Shown piece by piece: positions 19,446 to 27,765 of a stretch of DNA of 64,000 nt. Made by a program: the position numbers and the translations under genes. The DNA comes from Elusimicrobiota bacterium (GTDB taxonomy: Bacteria; Elusimicrobiota; Elusimicrobia; UBA1565; JACRDR01). The number at the start of each line of letters is the position of its first letter. The stretch's first letter is position 1. The stretch is taken from the NCBI GenBank assembly GCA_041694815.1, contig JBGFSC010000045.1, positions 1 through 64,000 on the forward strand, written 5' to 3'. The notes under the pieces are model-generated. The model ran no database searches. It worked only from the letters and a program-made list of their open reading frames with translations, and was not told the DNA's origin.

Positions 19446-20053
19446 ATGAGATCGATGGGGAACCTCCGCCCCAGGGCGGCCCAGGCGCGGTCGATTTCGT
19501 CGTTGAGCTTCCTGAACGAGCTCGTATGGCTGTAGTCGCCGATGCGCTCGCTGTCGATGAGCGCCCCGTTCTTGGCCGAGAGCGCGGTCTTGGCCGCGAG
19601 TAAAGTCACCAGCTTCTGGACGATGGGCGGCACGACCCGCGCGCCGTGGATGTACTCCACCTCGATGTTCTGGCAGCCTTCAGGCCAAACGCCCCAGCAG
19701 CGCCGCAGCGATCCGGTCCGCGGGTTCAAGATGACGTCGGCCAAGTCGAGCTCCTGGCCGTCGACCGCGACGCTCAAGACCTCAGCGACCGGGAAGCAGC
19801 GCAGAAAGAGCGCCGCCGACCCATCGCCGTCTAAGACCTCGCGGGCGTTGCGAGTCGTGAAGCACATGCCCGACGCCAAGTCGATCTCGTGGGCGGCCTG
19901 GGCGATCCACTCGGGCAGCACGTCCTCGGGCGCGACCTCGCCGCCGGTCGCCTTGCTCACGAGCAGGGCGTTGGTGTAGCCCAGCGGTACCGTGGCGATG
20001 ACTGGCGGAAGCAACGTCCCCGGGGCGAAGATGGTCGAGACGAGCGTCGCCAT
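19442..20053 (-). CDS. Head-tail adaptor (connector)
   Basis: LDGDG..LFLR.FPV, WPEG.QNIEVEY.HG...VP, SERIGDYS motifs. Confidence 0.75.
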   Translation of the reverse strand: MATLVSTIFAPGTLLPPVIATVPLGYTNALLVSKATGGEVAPEDVLPEWIAQAAHEIDLASGMCFTTRNAREVLDGDGSAALFLRCFPVAEVLSVAVDGQELDLADVILNPRTGSLRRCWGVWPEGCQNIEVEYIHGARVVPPIVQKLVTLLAAKTALSAKNGALIDSERIGDYSHTSSFRKLNDEIDRAWAALGRRFPIDLI

Positions 20054-20370
20054 CAGCCGGACCTCCCGATGCGCCGGTCGTAGTCGGCAAGCTTCTGCCC
20101 GAATTTGAGCTCCAACTCGGAGAGAGCCTCCTGGTTGGCCCTGCGGATCGCCGCGACCCGCTCGGGCGAGAGCTCGCAGACCGCCGCGAAATGCTCGAAG
20201 AAGGCGAGCGCCTCCTTGAGCCTGGCATAGCTGTCCTTGAGCCCGCGTACGAAGCGGGCGCGCTTGGCCTCGGCCGGGGTCAGTGGCCGGGCGGGGCCGG
20301 CGATGACCAGAGCCCGCGGGCTGCCTGGCGTCTGGACGACCGGCAGTTCATGCCCCTCGCTCGGGCTCAT
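20053..20370 (-). CDS. Hypothetical phage protein
   Basis: Coupled ORF in the structural operon. Confidence 0.6.
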   Translation of the reverse strand: MSPSEGHELPVVQTPGSPRALVIAGPARPLTPAEAKRARFVRGLKDSYARLKEALAFFEHFAAVCELSPERVAAIRRANQEALSELELKFGQKLADYDRRIGRSG

Positions 20371-20382
20371 GGGCCGCCTCCA

Positions 20383-21714
20383 TCAGCGCCCTCCCGTCCC
20401 GTCGCCCACACCCGCGGTCTTGGAGGCCAGGGTGTCGAGCACCGGAATGTTGGAGGTGCCGTCGGACCAGAAGGTGGTCGTGTCCTCCGTCTCCAGCTTG
20501 TAGGAGAAGGTCTGCCCGTCCTGCGGGAAGGGCACCTCGGTTCCGGGCCGGCGGTTGGTCGTGTTGCCCGCGCTGTCGTCGAAGGACACCCGTCCGGTCC
20601 CCTTGGGGATCAGGGTCGAGTTGACCTTGAGGGCCTGGGCCGGGTCGAAAGTCGAGCCCGGCGAGCGGAAGACGTTGTAGCCGTTCGCGTTGGGGTCGGC
20701 GACCGCGTCCCAAGAGACCAGCACCTTGTTCGAGGACACCTCGGTCGCCAGGTTCTGCGGGATGGTGCCGATGGTCTCAACGAAGACCAGGTGCGGGTTC
20801 TGGACCATGACCTCGCTGGTCAGGTTCGAGGCGTTGCCCTGGCTGTCGACCGCGAAGACGTAGTAGGTCAGGTCCTTGCCGTTGTCGGCGTCGACCGGCG
20901 TCTGGTCCTGAAACGATGTCGCGGTGGAGGCGACGGCCGCACTCACGGTCAGGACCCCGGCCGCGGCCAGCACGTTGGCCTTGGTGGGGTTCGAGACCGG
21001 CGCGTTGCCGGGGACCCGGTAGATCTCGTAGTGGTCCAGATCCTGGACCGAGGTCTGGTAGCGGATCACGATCCGATTGCCGGCGGTGAAGCCGCCGGAG
21101 AGTTCGCTCAAGACGCCCGTCGCCAGGTCCAGGTTGTAGTGGGTTCCGAGGGTCTTGGCCGCCAGGGTGGCTGCCCGGACGTCCGTGCCCGAGGCGTGGG
21201 GGAAGAACAGCCCGTCGACCAGGGTCACATCGCCAGTCAAGGTGTTCACCGCCTTGACCTCGGCATACTCCTCCTTGCCCGTGACCCCGTTATCGATCAC
21301 GATCTTCGCGCCGACCACGATGTCAGCCGGGACCGGGGTGCCGATGTTGATCACCCGCTGCCCGTGGAGCGTTGAGGCGGTCAGGGTCTTGGGGCTTGAG
21401 GAGATGCCCGTGCGCTCGTAGACCGTGAAGGAGCCCGAGACGATGGGGTCGAAGGCCGTCTCATGAGTCGCCCCAGCGATGCCGTCGGCGAAGTCAGGGG
21501 TGTCGTCCGGGTTCTTGAAGAGCTCGCCCGCGATGAACTCGTTCTTGGTCGGCGCGGTCCAGTTGAGCGTGATCCGGGTCTTGCCCTTGGGCGTCGCGCC
21601 GTCGACAAACTGCGTAGCCTGGATGAGGCCCAGGATAGGCGGCTCCGGGGCCAGGATGTCGGCCGCGAGGCTGCCTACGACCTGCTGCGAAAGCTGGGAT
21701 TCAAGAGTGGCCAT
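20383..21714 (-). CDS. Virion structural protein with Fn3-like domains
   Basis: ITLNWTAP, YYVFAVDSQGNAS, VSWDAV..ANGYNVFRS. Confidence 0.7.
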   Translation of the reverse strand: MATLESQLSQQVVGSLAADILAPEPPILGLIQATQFVDGATPKGKTRITLNWTAPTKNEFIAGELFKNPDDTPDFADGIAGATHETAFDPIVSGSFTVYERTGISSSPKTLTASTLHGQRVINIGTPVPADIVVGAKIVIDNGVTGKEEYAEVKAVNTLTGDVTLVDGLFFPHASGTDVRAATLAAKTLGTHYNLDLATGVLSELSGGFTAGNRIVIRYQTSVQDLDHYEIYRVPGNAPVSNPTKANVLAAAGVLTVSAAVASTATSFQDQTPVDADNGKDLTYYVFAVDSQGNASNLTSEVMVQNPHLVFVETIGTIPQNLATEVSSNKVLVSWDAVADPNANGYNVFRSPGSTFDPAQALKVNSTLIPKGTGRVSFDDSAGNTTNRRPGTEVPFPQDGQTFSYKLETEDTTTFWSDGTSNIPVLDTLASKTAGVGDGTGGR

Positions 21715-21727
21715 GATCTACTCCTCC

Positions 21728-24289
21728 TTACTGGGCCTCATAGAGCTGGTACTGGAAGCCGGCCGTGAGCACAGCGTTGGCCGTATCGCCTTGAAGTCCG
21801 AGGCTCGTCAGGTCCACGCCGGAACCCAACACGACGCGAGCCGAGCTGTAGCCTCGGTGCGGCGCTTCCACCGCGCTCTGGTTGGTGAGCTGGAACTGGC
21901 AGAGTGCATGCGGAAACCCCGTGGCAGCCGCCATGAAGACGACCTCGCCCACCACCTCGTAGACCGTCCCGCCGCCGGCCGCCATCTTGAGCAGCTTGGG
22001 GAAAGCCGCGCCCGATGCCGCCTCGTCGGTCTGCGTGCCCGCGTTCTGCTGGGTGATGTGGAAGGCGCCGTTGTTCGCCGCGCCGTTGGTCCGCAGCCCA
22101 AGGTAGTTCGGGCCCGCGCTTTGGCTGATGACGCTGCCGAAGAAGACGAGCTTGTAGGTCTTGTGCGCGGCGAGGCTGAGGCCGGTGAAGTCGGGCCCGA
22201 TCTGGCCCGCCGAGCCTTGCGAAAGGTTGGCCACCAGCCGCCAGTTGTTGGCGGCCGCGAGGGTGAGCTTGTTGTTCGCCGCGTCTTGAGCCAGCGTGAC
22301 GTTGGCTCCGGCCTCGAGCTTCACGTCGCCGGCCAGAGGCGAGGCCTCGCCCAGCTTGCGGACGCCGGTCACGAAGTTGGAGGCGACGACATCCGACGCC
22401 GCGGCGGTGACCGCGCCGGACTTGTTGGCGGCGAAGACGTTGTTCCCCGACGGGGACGCGCCCGGGAGGTCCACGGCCAAACCGAGATTGTTCCCGACGA
22501 AGGTGTTGTTGCTGACCTCGCCTTTGCCCGTCAGATTGATGGACTTCAGAATGAGCGGGTCGGTGTCGTGGTTGACGTTGTCCGCCACGACATTGCGGCG
22601 GAAGACGGCGGTCGAGGGCGCGCCTCCGCGGAAGGCGAGAAAGCCCGCGTAGCGGACGTAGTTGCCCTGGATGACGCAGCCCTCGGTGTTGCCATTGATG
22701 CCGATCGCTCCGCCGCCGATCGTGCCCGCCTCGAGGTGGATCTGGTTGCCTTCGATGACGTGCTTGACGCCGCGGATGACCAGCTTCTCGCCGGCGAAGT
22801 TGCTGTCGTTGAAGGTCTTGTTGTCCCGGATCGTGAAACGCTCGAGCGTCCCGGCGTTGTCCTGCATGAAGACGAAGGGGCCGCTGAGGTGCGACTCGCA
22901 CTCGGCCACCTCCACGTTCTTGACGGTCGTTCCGCTGGCCGCATTGACGTGCAGCCACCTGTCCGCCCTGTTGCCGTGGACGCGGTGGATCTTGATGTTC
23001 TCGAAGACCTGGGTGCCGGTCGGGGCCAGGCTCATGACACCCTGGCCAGTGTTGAGGCTCTCCAGCATGAAGTCCGCCAGGAGGATGCCATCCATGTTGC
23101 CGGTCCCCGGGCCTGCGAAGACGCCCAGGAGGAAGGGGCCGCCGGAAATGTCCACCAGCTTCGTGGCCCGTCCCTGGCCGATGATGGCGACCGGCTTGCC
23201 GGCAGGGAGGATGATCTGGGCGTTGATCGCATACGAACCCTCCCGGAGGACGACGGAGCCGCCCCCCGCTGGAAGGCCGTTGATCGCGTTCTGGATGTTG
23301 GCGGTGTCGGTCGCCGCCACGCCAGTTGGGGCCGCAACGACAACCGTGGCGTAGCCCGAGCCGCCGCCCCCCGAGGAGGCGATGGTGACGTTGACACGGT
23401 TGTTGGTCGAGTCATCGGCGACCGTGAGGGCGATGCCCGCGCCCTCGATCAGGTTGACCGCAGGCCGGGTTCCCTGGACCGTACTGGCCTTCTGGACCTC
23501 GACCTTCTGTTTGGTCGCGAGAGTGCCGGTCGCGCCGTCGACATCAGCCACGGTCGGGTTGGGGTAGGTGCCGCTCAGGTCCCCGCCGGCCGCTCCCGTG
23601 GGGGTCCGGGCGTTGGTGTTTCTTGGATCGTTGTCCCCGACCGCAATGGGATCGGTGGCAACGGCTGGAGCTACAGAGAGCTTGGTCACGCCCTTGACCG
23701 TAGTGGAGGCGTCGGGCGGCGAACTCGCGGCCGCGTTGATCGTCACCTCGCCCGTGCCGTCGACCGGGCTTACAGTGACGTTGGCTCCGGCGACGATCTT
23801 CGAGACGGAGACGCGGGCCGTGTTGGCGGACGGCACATCGGCGGTGCTCGTCGCCGCGCTGCCGTCGTCGGTGTAGGTCGAGGTCGCTTGCCCGGAGACC
23901 GATGCGAGGAACTTTTCCTGGCCGGACGCCGTGGCCTTATAGACCTTGTAGCCGGTCGCGCTTTGCACCGTCTCCCATTGGAGGATGACGGGCAGGGGCG
24001 TTGCGGGCTGAGTGACCTGGGCCTCGACGGTCGCCGGGATCTTGCCCTCGGTGGTCTCGCCGGCCGCGTTGACCGCCGTGACCTTGTAGAAATAGGTGGT
24101 GCCGCCCAGTAGGTTCGCCCCAACCGCGCCACTTCCCAGCGTGGCGAGCAAGGTCCGCGGCGGCCGCAGGGTCGCCTGCTGGGCATGCGCGTCGAGGGCG
24201 TCCAAGTTGGCGTTGGCCCCCTGGCCCCAGTTGAGGTCGCCCGTGTCGCGCTTCGAAAGCTTGAGCTTGGTCGTCAGCGTCTCAGCCAT
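21728..24289 (-). CDS. Fibre/spike protein with Fn3 domain, fibre repeat and pectate-lyase-like beta-helix
   Basis: TTYFYKVTAVNAAGET (Fn3); DASTTVKGVTKLS fibre repeat; DTANIQNAINGLPAGGGSVVLREGSY beta-helix cap followed by Asn-ladder repeats. Confidence 0.8.
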   Translation of the reverse strand: MAETLTTKLKLSKRDTGDLNWGQGANANLDALDAHAQQATLRPPRTLLATLGSGAVGANLLGGTTYFYKVTAVNAAGETTEGKIPATVEAQVTQPATPLPVILQWETVQSATGYKVYKATASGQEKFLASVSGQATSTYTDDGSAATSTADVPSANTARVSVSKIVAGANVTVSPVDGTGEVTINAAASSPPDASTTVKGVTKLSVAPAVATDPIAVGDNDPRNTNARTPTGAAGGDLSGTYPNPTVADVDGATGTLATKQKVEVQKASTVQGTRPAVNLIEGAGIALTVADDSTNNRVNVTIASSGGGGSGYATVVVAAPTGVAATDTANIQNAINGLPAGGGSVVLREGSYAINAQIILPAGKPVAIIGQGRATKLVDISGGPFLLGVFAGPGTGNMDGILLADFMLESLNTGQGVMSLAPTGTQVFENIKIHRVHGNRADRWLHVNAASGTTVKNVEVAECESHLSGPFVFMQDNAGTLERFTIRDNKTFNDSNFAGEKLVIRGVKHVIEGNQIHLEAGTIGGGAIGINGNTEGCVIQGNYVRYAGFLAFRGGAPSTAVFRRNVVADNVNHDTDPLILKSINLTGKGEVSNNTFVGNNLGLAVDLPGASPSGNNVFAANKSGAVTAAASDVVASNFVTGVRKLGEASPLAGDVKLEAGANVTLAQDAANNKLTLAAANNWRLVANLSQGSAGQIGPDFTGLSLAAHKTYKLVFFGSVISQSAGPNYLGLRTNGAANNGAFHITQQNAGTQTDEAASGAAFPKLLKMAAGGGTVYEVVGEVVFMAAATGFPHALCQFQLTNQSAVEAPHRGYSSARVVLGSGVDLTSLGLQGDTANAVLTAGFQYQLYEAQ

Positions 24290-24297
24290 TCCTCACC

Positions 24298-24723
24298 TCA
24301 AAAACCGTATGCCTCCAACCCGAACGGTGCCTCGCCGAAGCCCCTCATCGGAGCGCCCCAAGGACGAGAGTTCCAGGGCATGAGATCAAAGGCCCCTGGA
24401 TCGGGCTGGCCGAACGGTCCCACGCCGAAGGGGCCGTCGCCCCAGCCGGACTCTTCCACGGCGACCAGCGTGTAGAAGCGCTGCGGGCCCGTGTCGGGCT
24501 CGTGGTCGTCGTACTGGAACGTAGCCGGCGTAAGAACCCGCTCATCGGCTACTCGGACCCCCAACTCGCCCAGGACCGCGGACTTGTAGAGCCGATAGCC
24601 CTTGAACCGCCGCGCTCCCACCAGCGACGCCGGGTAGTCCGACCAGGACAGGCGGATGAAGCCCGGCTCGACCGCGGCCACACGAAAGTTCGGAGGCGGC
24701 GGAAGAGGAAAAGGAGCCGCCAC
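24298..24723 (-). CDS. Small Fn3-like virion protein with G-x-G-x-x-P-F/W-G repeats
   Basis: IRLSWS..GYRLYKS..FYTLVAV; C-term GWGDGPFGVGPFG...GFGEAPFG. Confidence 0.65.
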   Translation of the reverse strand: MAAPFPLPPPPNFRVAAVEPGFIRLSWSDYPASLVGARRFKGYRLYKSAVLGELGVRVADERVLTPATFQYDDHEPDTGPQRFYTLVAVEESGWGDGPFGVGPFGQPDPGAFDLMPWNSRPWGAPMRGFGEAPFGLEAYGF

Positions 24724-24726
24724 GGC

Positions 24727-24939
24727 CTACCTCTTTCCCTTCGGCTTTCCGCGCGTCCCATGGGCCTCCTCGCTTTCGACCTCCGCGTAGCCCAGCTTGA
24801 CCAGCCGGTCCCGGGTCTCAGGGAGCCGGACCTCGCAGAGGCCTCCCACGACGCGGATCTCTCCCTCGGCGTAGGAGGCCTCGATGAACGGGTTGTCCCG
24901 GCTCCCGAAGGGCGGGTGCAGCTTCTTCAGCCTGAACAT
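24727..24939 (-). CDS. Hypothetical phage protein
   Basis: 70 aa ORF with RBS directly after the capsid gene. Confidence 0.6.
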   Translation of the reverse strand: MFRLKKLHPPFGSRDNPFIEASYAEGEIRVVGGLCEVRLPETRDRLVKLGYAEVESEEAHGTRGKPKGKR

Positions 24940-24948
24940 CCCGCCCCC

Positions 24949-25851
24949 TTACAGCGTGACTCCGGCCAGCCGCGACGCCTTGATGTCGTTGGCCAGCACC
25001 AGGGTGAGGTCCTCGAAAACGTCGAACTCGCTGAACTGAGAGGACTTCTGGGCCAGGCGCGCCATCTTGATCGGCGTAAGCTCCCCGATCCATACTGCGC
25101 TCGTGTCAAGGACGAAGATGTCGGTGGCGTTGTTGGCCGTGCCTTGGACCTGAGCGTCCGAGACGAAGATGCTGCGGAAGATCGGGATGCCGTTGTAGAC
25201 TTGCACCCGGAAACCGCCTTTGACCTCCATCGTGTCCACGAAGCGCTGCTGAGCCTGAAGCAGACTGTTGAGCTTGCGGTTCGCCTTCTTGGACATGATC
25301 AGCATCGTTGGCGTCCCTCGGTTGAGGTCGATGGCCGCGTCCAAGAGATCCAAGGAGAGCGGCGCCCCGTTGGCTCCCGCCACGACTACCTGGCTTGCGG
25401 GGATTAGCTTTCTCAGGCCGTTGAACTGCTTGGGATTCGCCGTGGAGTCTCCATTGACGAGGGCGTCCTCCTCGGCGTCGCGCACGGCCTGGAGGGAGTT
25501 TTCGACTTCCTCCGCCTCGATATCCAGGAGAGACTTCCCCACGGCTTGCAGCTTGCGGGTGACCTTGCCGCGCTGGATGATCGTCTTGTAGGGAAACTTC
25601 TTCTGCGCGTAGGAGGCCTGGGTCTCGACCGGCTCATCGGTGTCATCGACAAAGGCTCCGCCCGCGCCTCTGGATGTCCGCTGGTTCAATATCCAGTCGG
25701 ACCCCGAGCCGGGCTTTCTCGGCAAGTTCTGCCTGAGAGGGTTGTTGACCTCGATAAGCTCCTGGAGTACGCGGTCGACCAAGGGCTGCTGCAAGGCCGC
25801 TCCCGCATTGGCCATGTTCAGGGCCTTTTTGAGCTGCGTCAGATCGTTCAT
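24949..25851 (-). CDS. Major capsid protein (HK97 fold)
   Basis: 300 aa after protease; EEDALVNGD..NPKQFNGLRKLI, LSLDLLDAAID, YNGIPI motifs. Confidence 0.88.
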   Translation of the reverse strand: MNDLTQLKKALNMANAGAALQQPLVDRVLQELIEVNNPLRQNLPRKPGSGSDWILNQRTSRGAGGAFVDDTDEPVETQASYAQKKFPYKTIIQRGKVTRKLQAVGKSLLDIEAEEVENSLQAVRDAEEDALVNGDSTANPKQFNGLRKLIPASQVVVAGANGAPLSLDLLDAAIDLNRGTPTMLIMSKKANRKLNSLLQAQQRFVDTMEVKGGFRVQVYNGIPIFRSIFVSDAQVQGTANNATDIFVLDTSAVWIGELTPIKMARLAQKSSQFSEFDVFEDLTLVLANDIKASRLAGVTL

Positions 25852-25894
25852 CTTTAGTTTCTCCTTAACGAAGCGTCCCGATTCCCGGGGCGCC

Positions 25895-26920
25895 TTACGC
25901 TTGCTGGAGCGCCAGCGCCACCTTGAGCTTGTGCTCGGGGGTCAGGCTCTCGAACTGTTTCTTCACGTCTTCCGCCTCGGGCTCGGGCTGGATGAGCCCC
26001 TTGCGGACGGCCGGGATAGCCTTGAACGCGATCTCGACCTGTTTGGCCACCTCGCCCGCGATCATCTTGGCGAGCTCGTCCCGGCCGAGCGCCTTCGGAG
26101 TGGGCTGAGGCGTGGCCGCCGCCGGAGCGGGCTGCGCGGGCGCGGCCGCCAGGAGCGCTTTCACGCGCTCGGCGAGCGGCTTGGCCTCGCCGCCCAGGGC
26201 GGCGATCTTGTCCAGGACCGCGGCGGCGGTCTCGGGCTGGGCTGGAGCCGCCTTCGAGACCTCGGCAGGCGGCGTCGCCGGGGCCGGAAGCACGGCCGCG
26301 GGCTTCGGCGCCTCAGCGGCCGGCGCAGGCTGGGGAGGATCTCCGGCCTCGGGCCGGATCTCCTCGATGACGACTTGCTCTTCGGGCATGGAAACTCCTC
26401 CTTGATCGTTGGCCTCGAGGGCCTTGGAGACGTACCATCCAACGGCGCGGGCCTCGGGATTGGCGGGAACGGAAACCAGGGAGACCTCGACCAGCGTCAT
26501 CTTGCGGATGACGTTGACCGTGCGGTCCAGCTCGGGCATGAACTTGCGCTCGCGCTCGAGCACCTGGCCCCGGATGGAAAACTTGTTGAGGACGCCCTCT
26601 TTGATCTTCTGGATGATCTCGGCCTCGGTCTTTGAGATGAGGGCGTCGATGAGGAGGCCGTGGCGGTCGAAGTTGACCTTGGTGACGCGGCCAATGGGGC
26701 GCTTCAAGTCATGGTTGAGGAGGACGGTGGAGTTCTTCAAGAGATCCGCGGCCGAGCCCGCCAGTGCCTCCTCCGTGATTACGTCTCCCTGGAGGTCGAA
26801 GTCGGTCGTAGCGGCGTAGCCCACTATGTGGAACTCGCCTTCCACCTCCACCGCCTTGAGCAGGCTGATGGGGAGGTCGAAGGGTACCGCCCGTTCCGCG
26901 ACTGCCGTTGCGTTCTTCAT
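25895..26920 (-). CDS. HK97-family prohead protease fused to Ala/Pro-rich scaffold
   Basis: IVGYAAT..DLQGDVI, LLNHD..PIG, FSIRG, LVEVSLVSVPANPEA. Confidence 0.92.
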   Translation of the reverse strand: MKNATAVAERAVPFDLPISLLKAVEVEGEFHIVGYAATTDFDLQGDVITEEALAGSAADLLKNSTVLLNHDLKRPIGRVTKVNFDRHGLLIDALISKTEAEIIQKIKEGVLNKFSIRGQVLERERKFMPELDRTVNVIRKMTLVEVSLVSVPANPEARAVGWYVSKALEANDQGGVSMPEEQVVIEEIRPEAGDPPQPAPAAEAPKPAAVLPAPATPPAEVSKAAPAQPETAAAVLDKIAALGGEAKPLAERVKALLAAAPAQPAPAAATPQPTPKALGRDELAKMIAGEVAKQVEIAFKAIPAVRKGLIQPEPEAEDVKKQFESLTPEHKLKVALALQQA

Positions 26921-26929
26921 GTCCCCCGC

Positions 26930-26973
26930 AAAACAAAAAGCGCCGCCCGGCCCCTGAGGGCCTGGCAGCGCTT
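26930..26973 (-). terminator. Intrinsic terminator-like hairpin directly upstream of the protease start
   Basis: Minus strand AAGCGCTGCCAGGCCCTC-A-GGGGCCGGGCGGCGCTT followed by TTTGTTTT. Confidence 0.7.
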
Positions 26974-26997
26974 CGATTGAGCTCGACCGCGCCTACG

Positions 26998-27177
26998 TCA
27001 AACCGCCGCGAGGCGGTTCAAATCCTTCGGCAGAAAGACTTCCTGCTTCCTCACCCGCACGACCCGGCCTTCCTGGAAATGAATCTCGGCCACGCCATAG
27101 AAGCCATCCTTCTGGAGCTGCGTCACGAATCTCCAGAAGGCCTCGTCCAGGATCTCCGGCTCGCGCGGTTCAGGCAT
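26998..27177 (-). CDS. Small DUF2292/YezD-like protein (59 aa)
   Basis: MPEPREPE...LQKDGFYGVAEIHFQEGRVVRVRKQE resembles the [FY]G-x-V-x-I-x-x-Q-[DE]-G pattern. Confidence 0.6.
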   Translation of the reverse strand: MPEPREPEILDEAFWRFVTQLQKDGFYGVAEIHFQEGRVVRVRKQEVFLPKDLNRLAAV

Positions 27178-27207
27178 CGCGCATATTTTGACGCATGGCT
27201 CTACAAG

Positions 27208-27233
27208 AGTCCATAAACAGTCAAACTGTTGAC
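27208..27233 (-). promoter_or_regulatory. Candidate late promoter / activator site, copy 1
   Basis: GTCAACAGTTTGACTGTTTATGGACT, 25/26 identical to 34733-34758; TGGACT-17-CAAAAT follows. Confidence 0.65.
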
Positions 27234-27324
27234 ACTCCGACGGCTGCGGGACGCTTCCGCTCTTGAAAACTGGCGAACGGTATGCCCCCTGGTCAGGATT
27301 TTGGCGGCGAACTATACTTTTGAT

Positions 27325-27765
27325 GTGTTGAGCGAGAGTCATGTGCGGGCTGCTATCATCGAGTGGCTTCATAGACGTCGCTATGGATATATCGCGGCGA
27401 AGGAAAAGGCGCAGCACGGGCCGGATGTCAGTGCAAAGCATGTCGGTTACGGTCGCCGCTTTATCGTGGAAGTCAAGGGCGATCCAAAGAACTCTAATTC
27501 TCCTGATGCGATTAGGACGGCCAATTTGTGGGTCATCCTCGGTCAGATTGCAACGCGGATGAGGTATTTTCGAACGCGGTATCACCATTATGGCGTGGCT
27601 CTCCCAGAGTCGTATTGGAAAAAGGTCCGCAAGATTCCTTGGGAGTTCTGCAAGCGAACGAACCTCTCCATTTTTCTGGTCGACTCTCGACGCAAGGCAA
27701 GACGATTGACCTGGAAACACCTCCGCGCCGAGCAGACCAGGCTGCGTCGGACCCCAGCCGTCTAG
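27325..27765 (+). CDS. PD-(D/E)xK restriction-endonuclease-like protein (moron)
   Basis: GPDV...FIVEVKG...LGQI motifs; antisense to the phage operon; own TGGTCA-17-TATACT promoter (27290-27318). Start uncertain. Confidence 0.65.
   Translation: MLSESHVRAAIIEWLHRRRYGYIAAKEKAQHGPDVSAKHVGYGRRFIVEVKGDPKNSNSPDAIRTANLWVILGQIATRMRYFRTRYHHYGVALPESYWKKVRKIPWEFCKRTNLSIFLVDSRRKARRLTWKHLRAEQTRLRRTPAV

Noticed and set aside
21479..24112. 877-aa plus-strand ORF
   Set aside because: Antisense shadow of the fibre gene in high-GC DNA; same for 28441-30354 (+), 15044-16252 (+) and 59798-61279 (-).
9530..24289. Diversity-generating retroelement or invertible tail-fibre cassette
   Set aside because: No reverse transcriptase, no TR/VR pair, no invertase or inverted gene copies seen.
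26998..27720. 240-aa ORF as given in the track
   Set aside because: Most of it is antisense to the nuclease moron; only the last 59 codons from ATG 27177 look coding.
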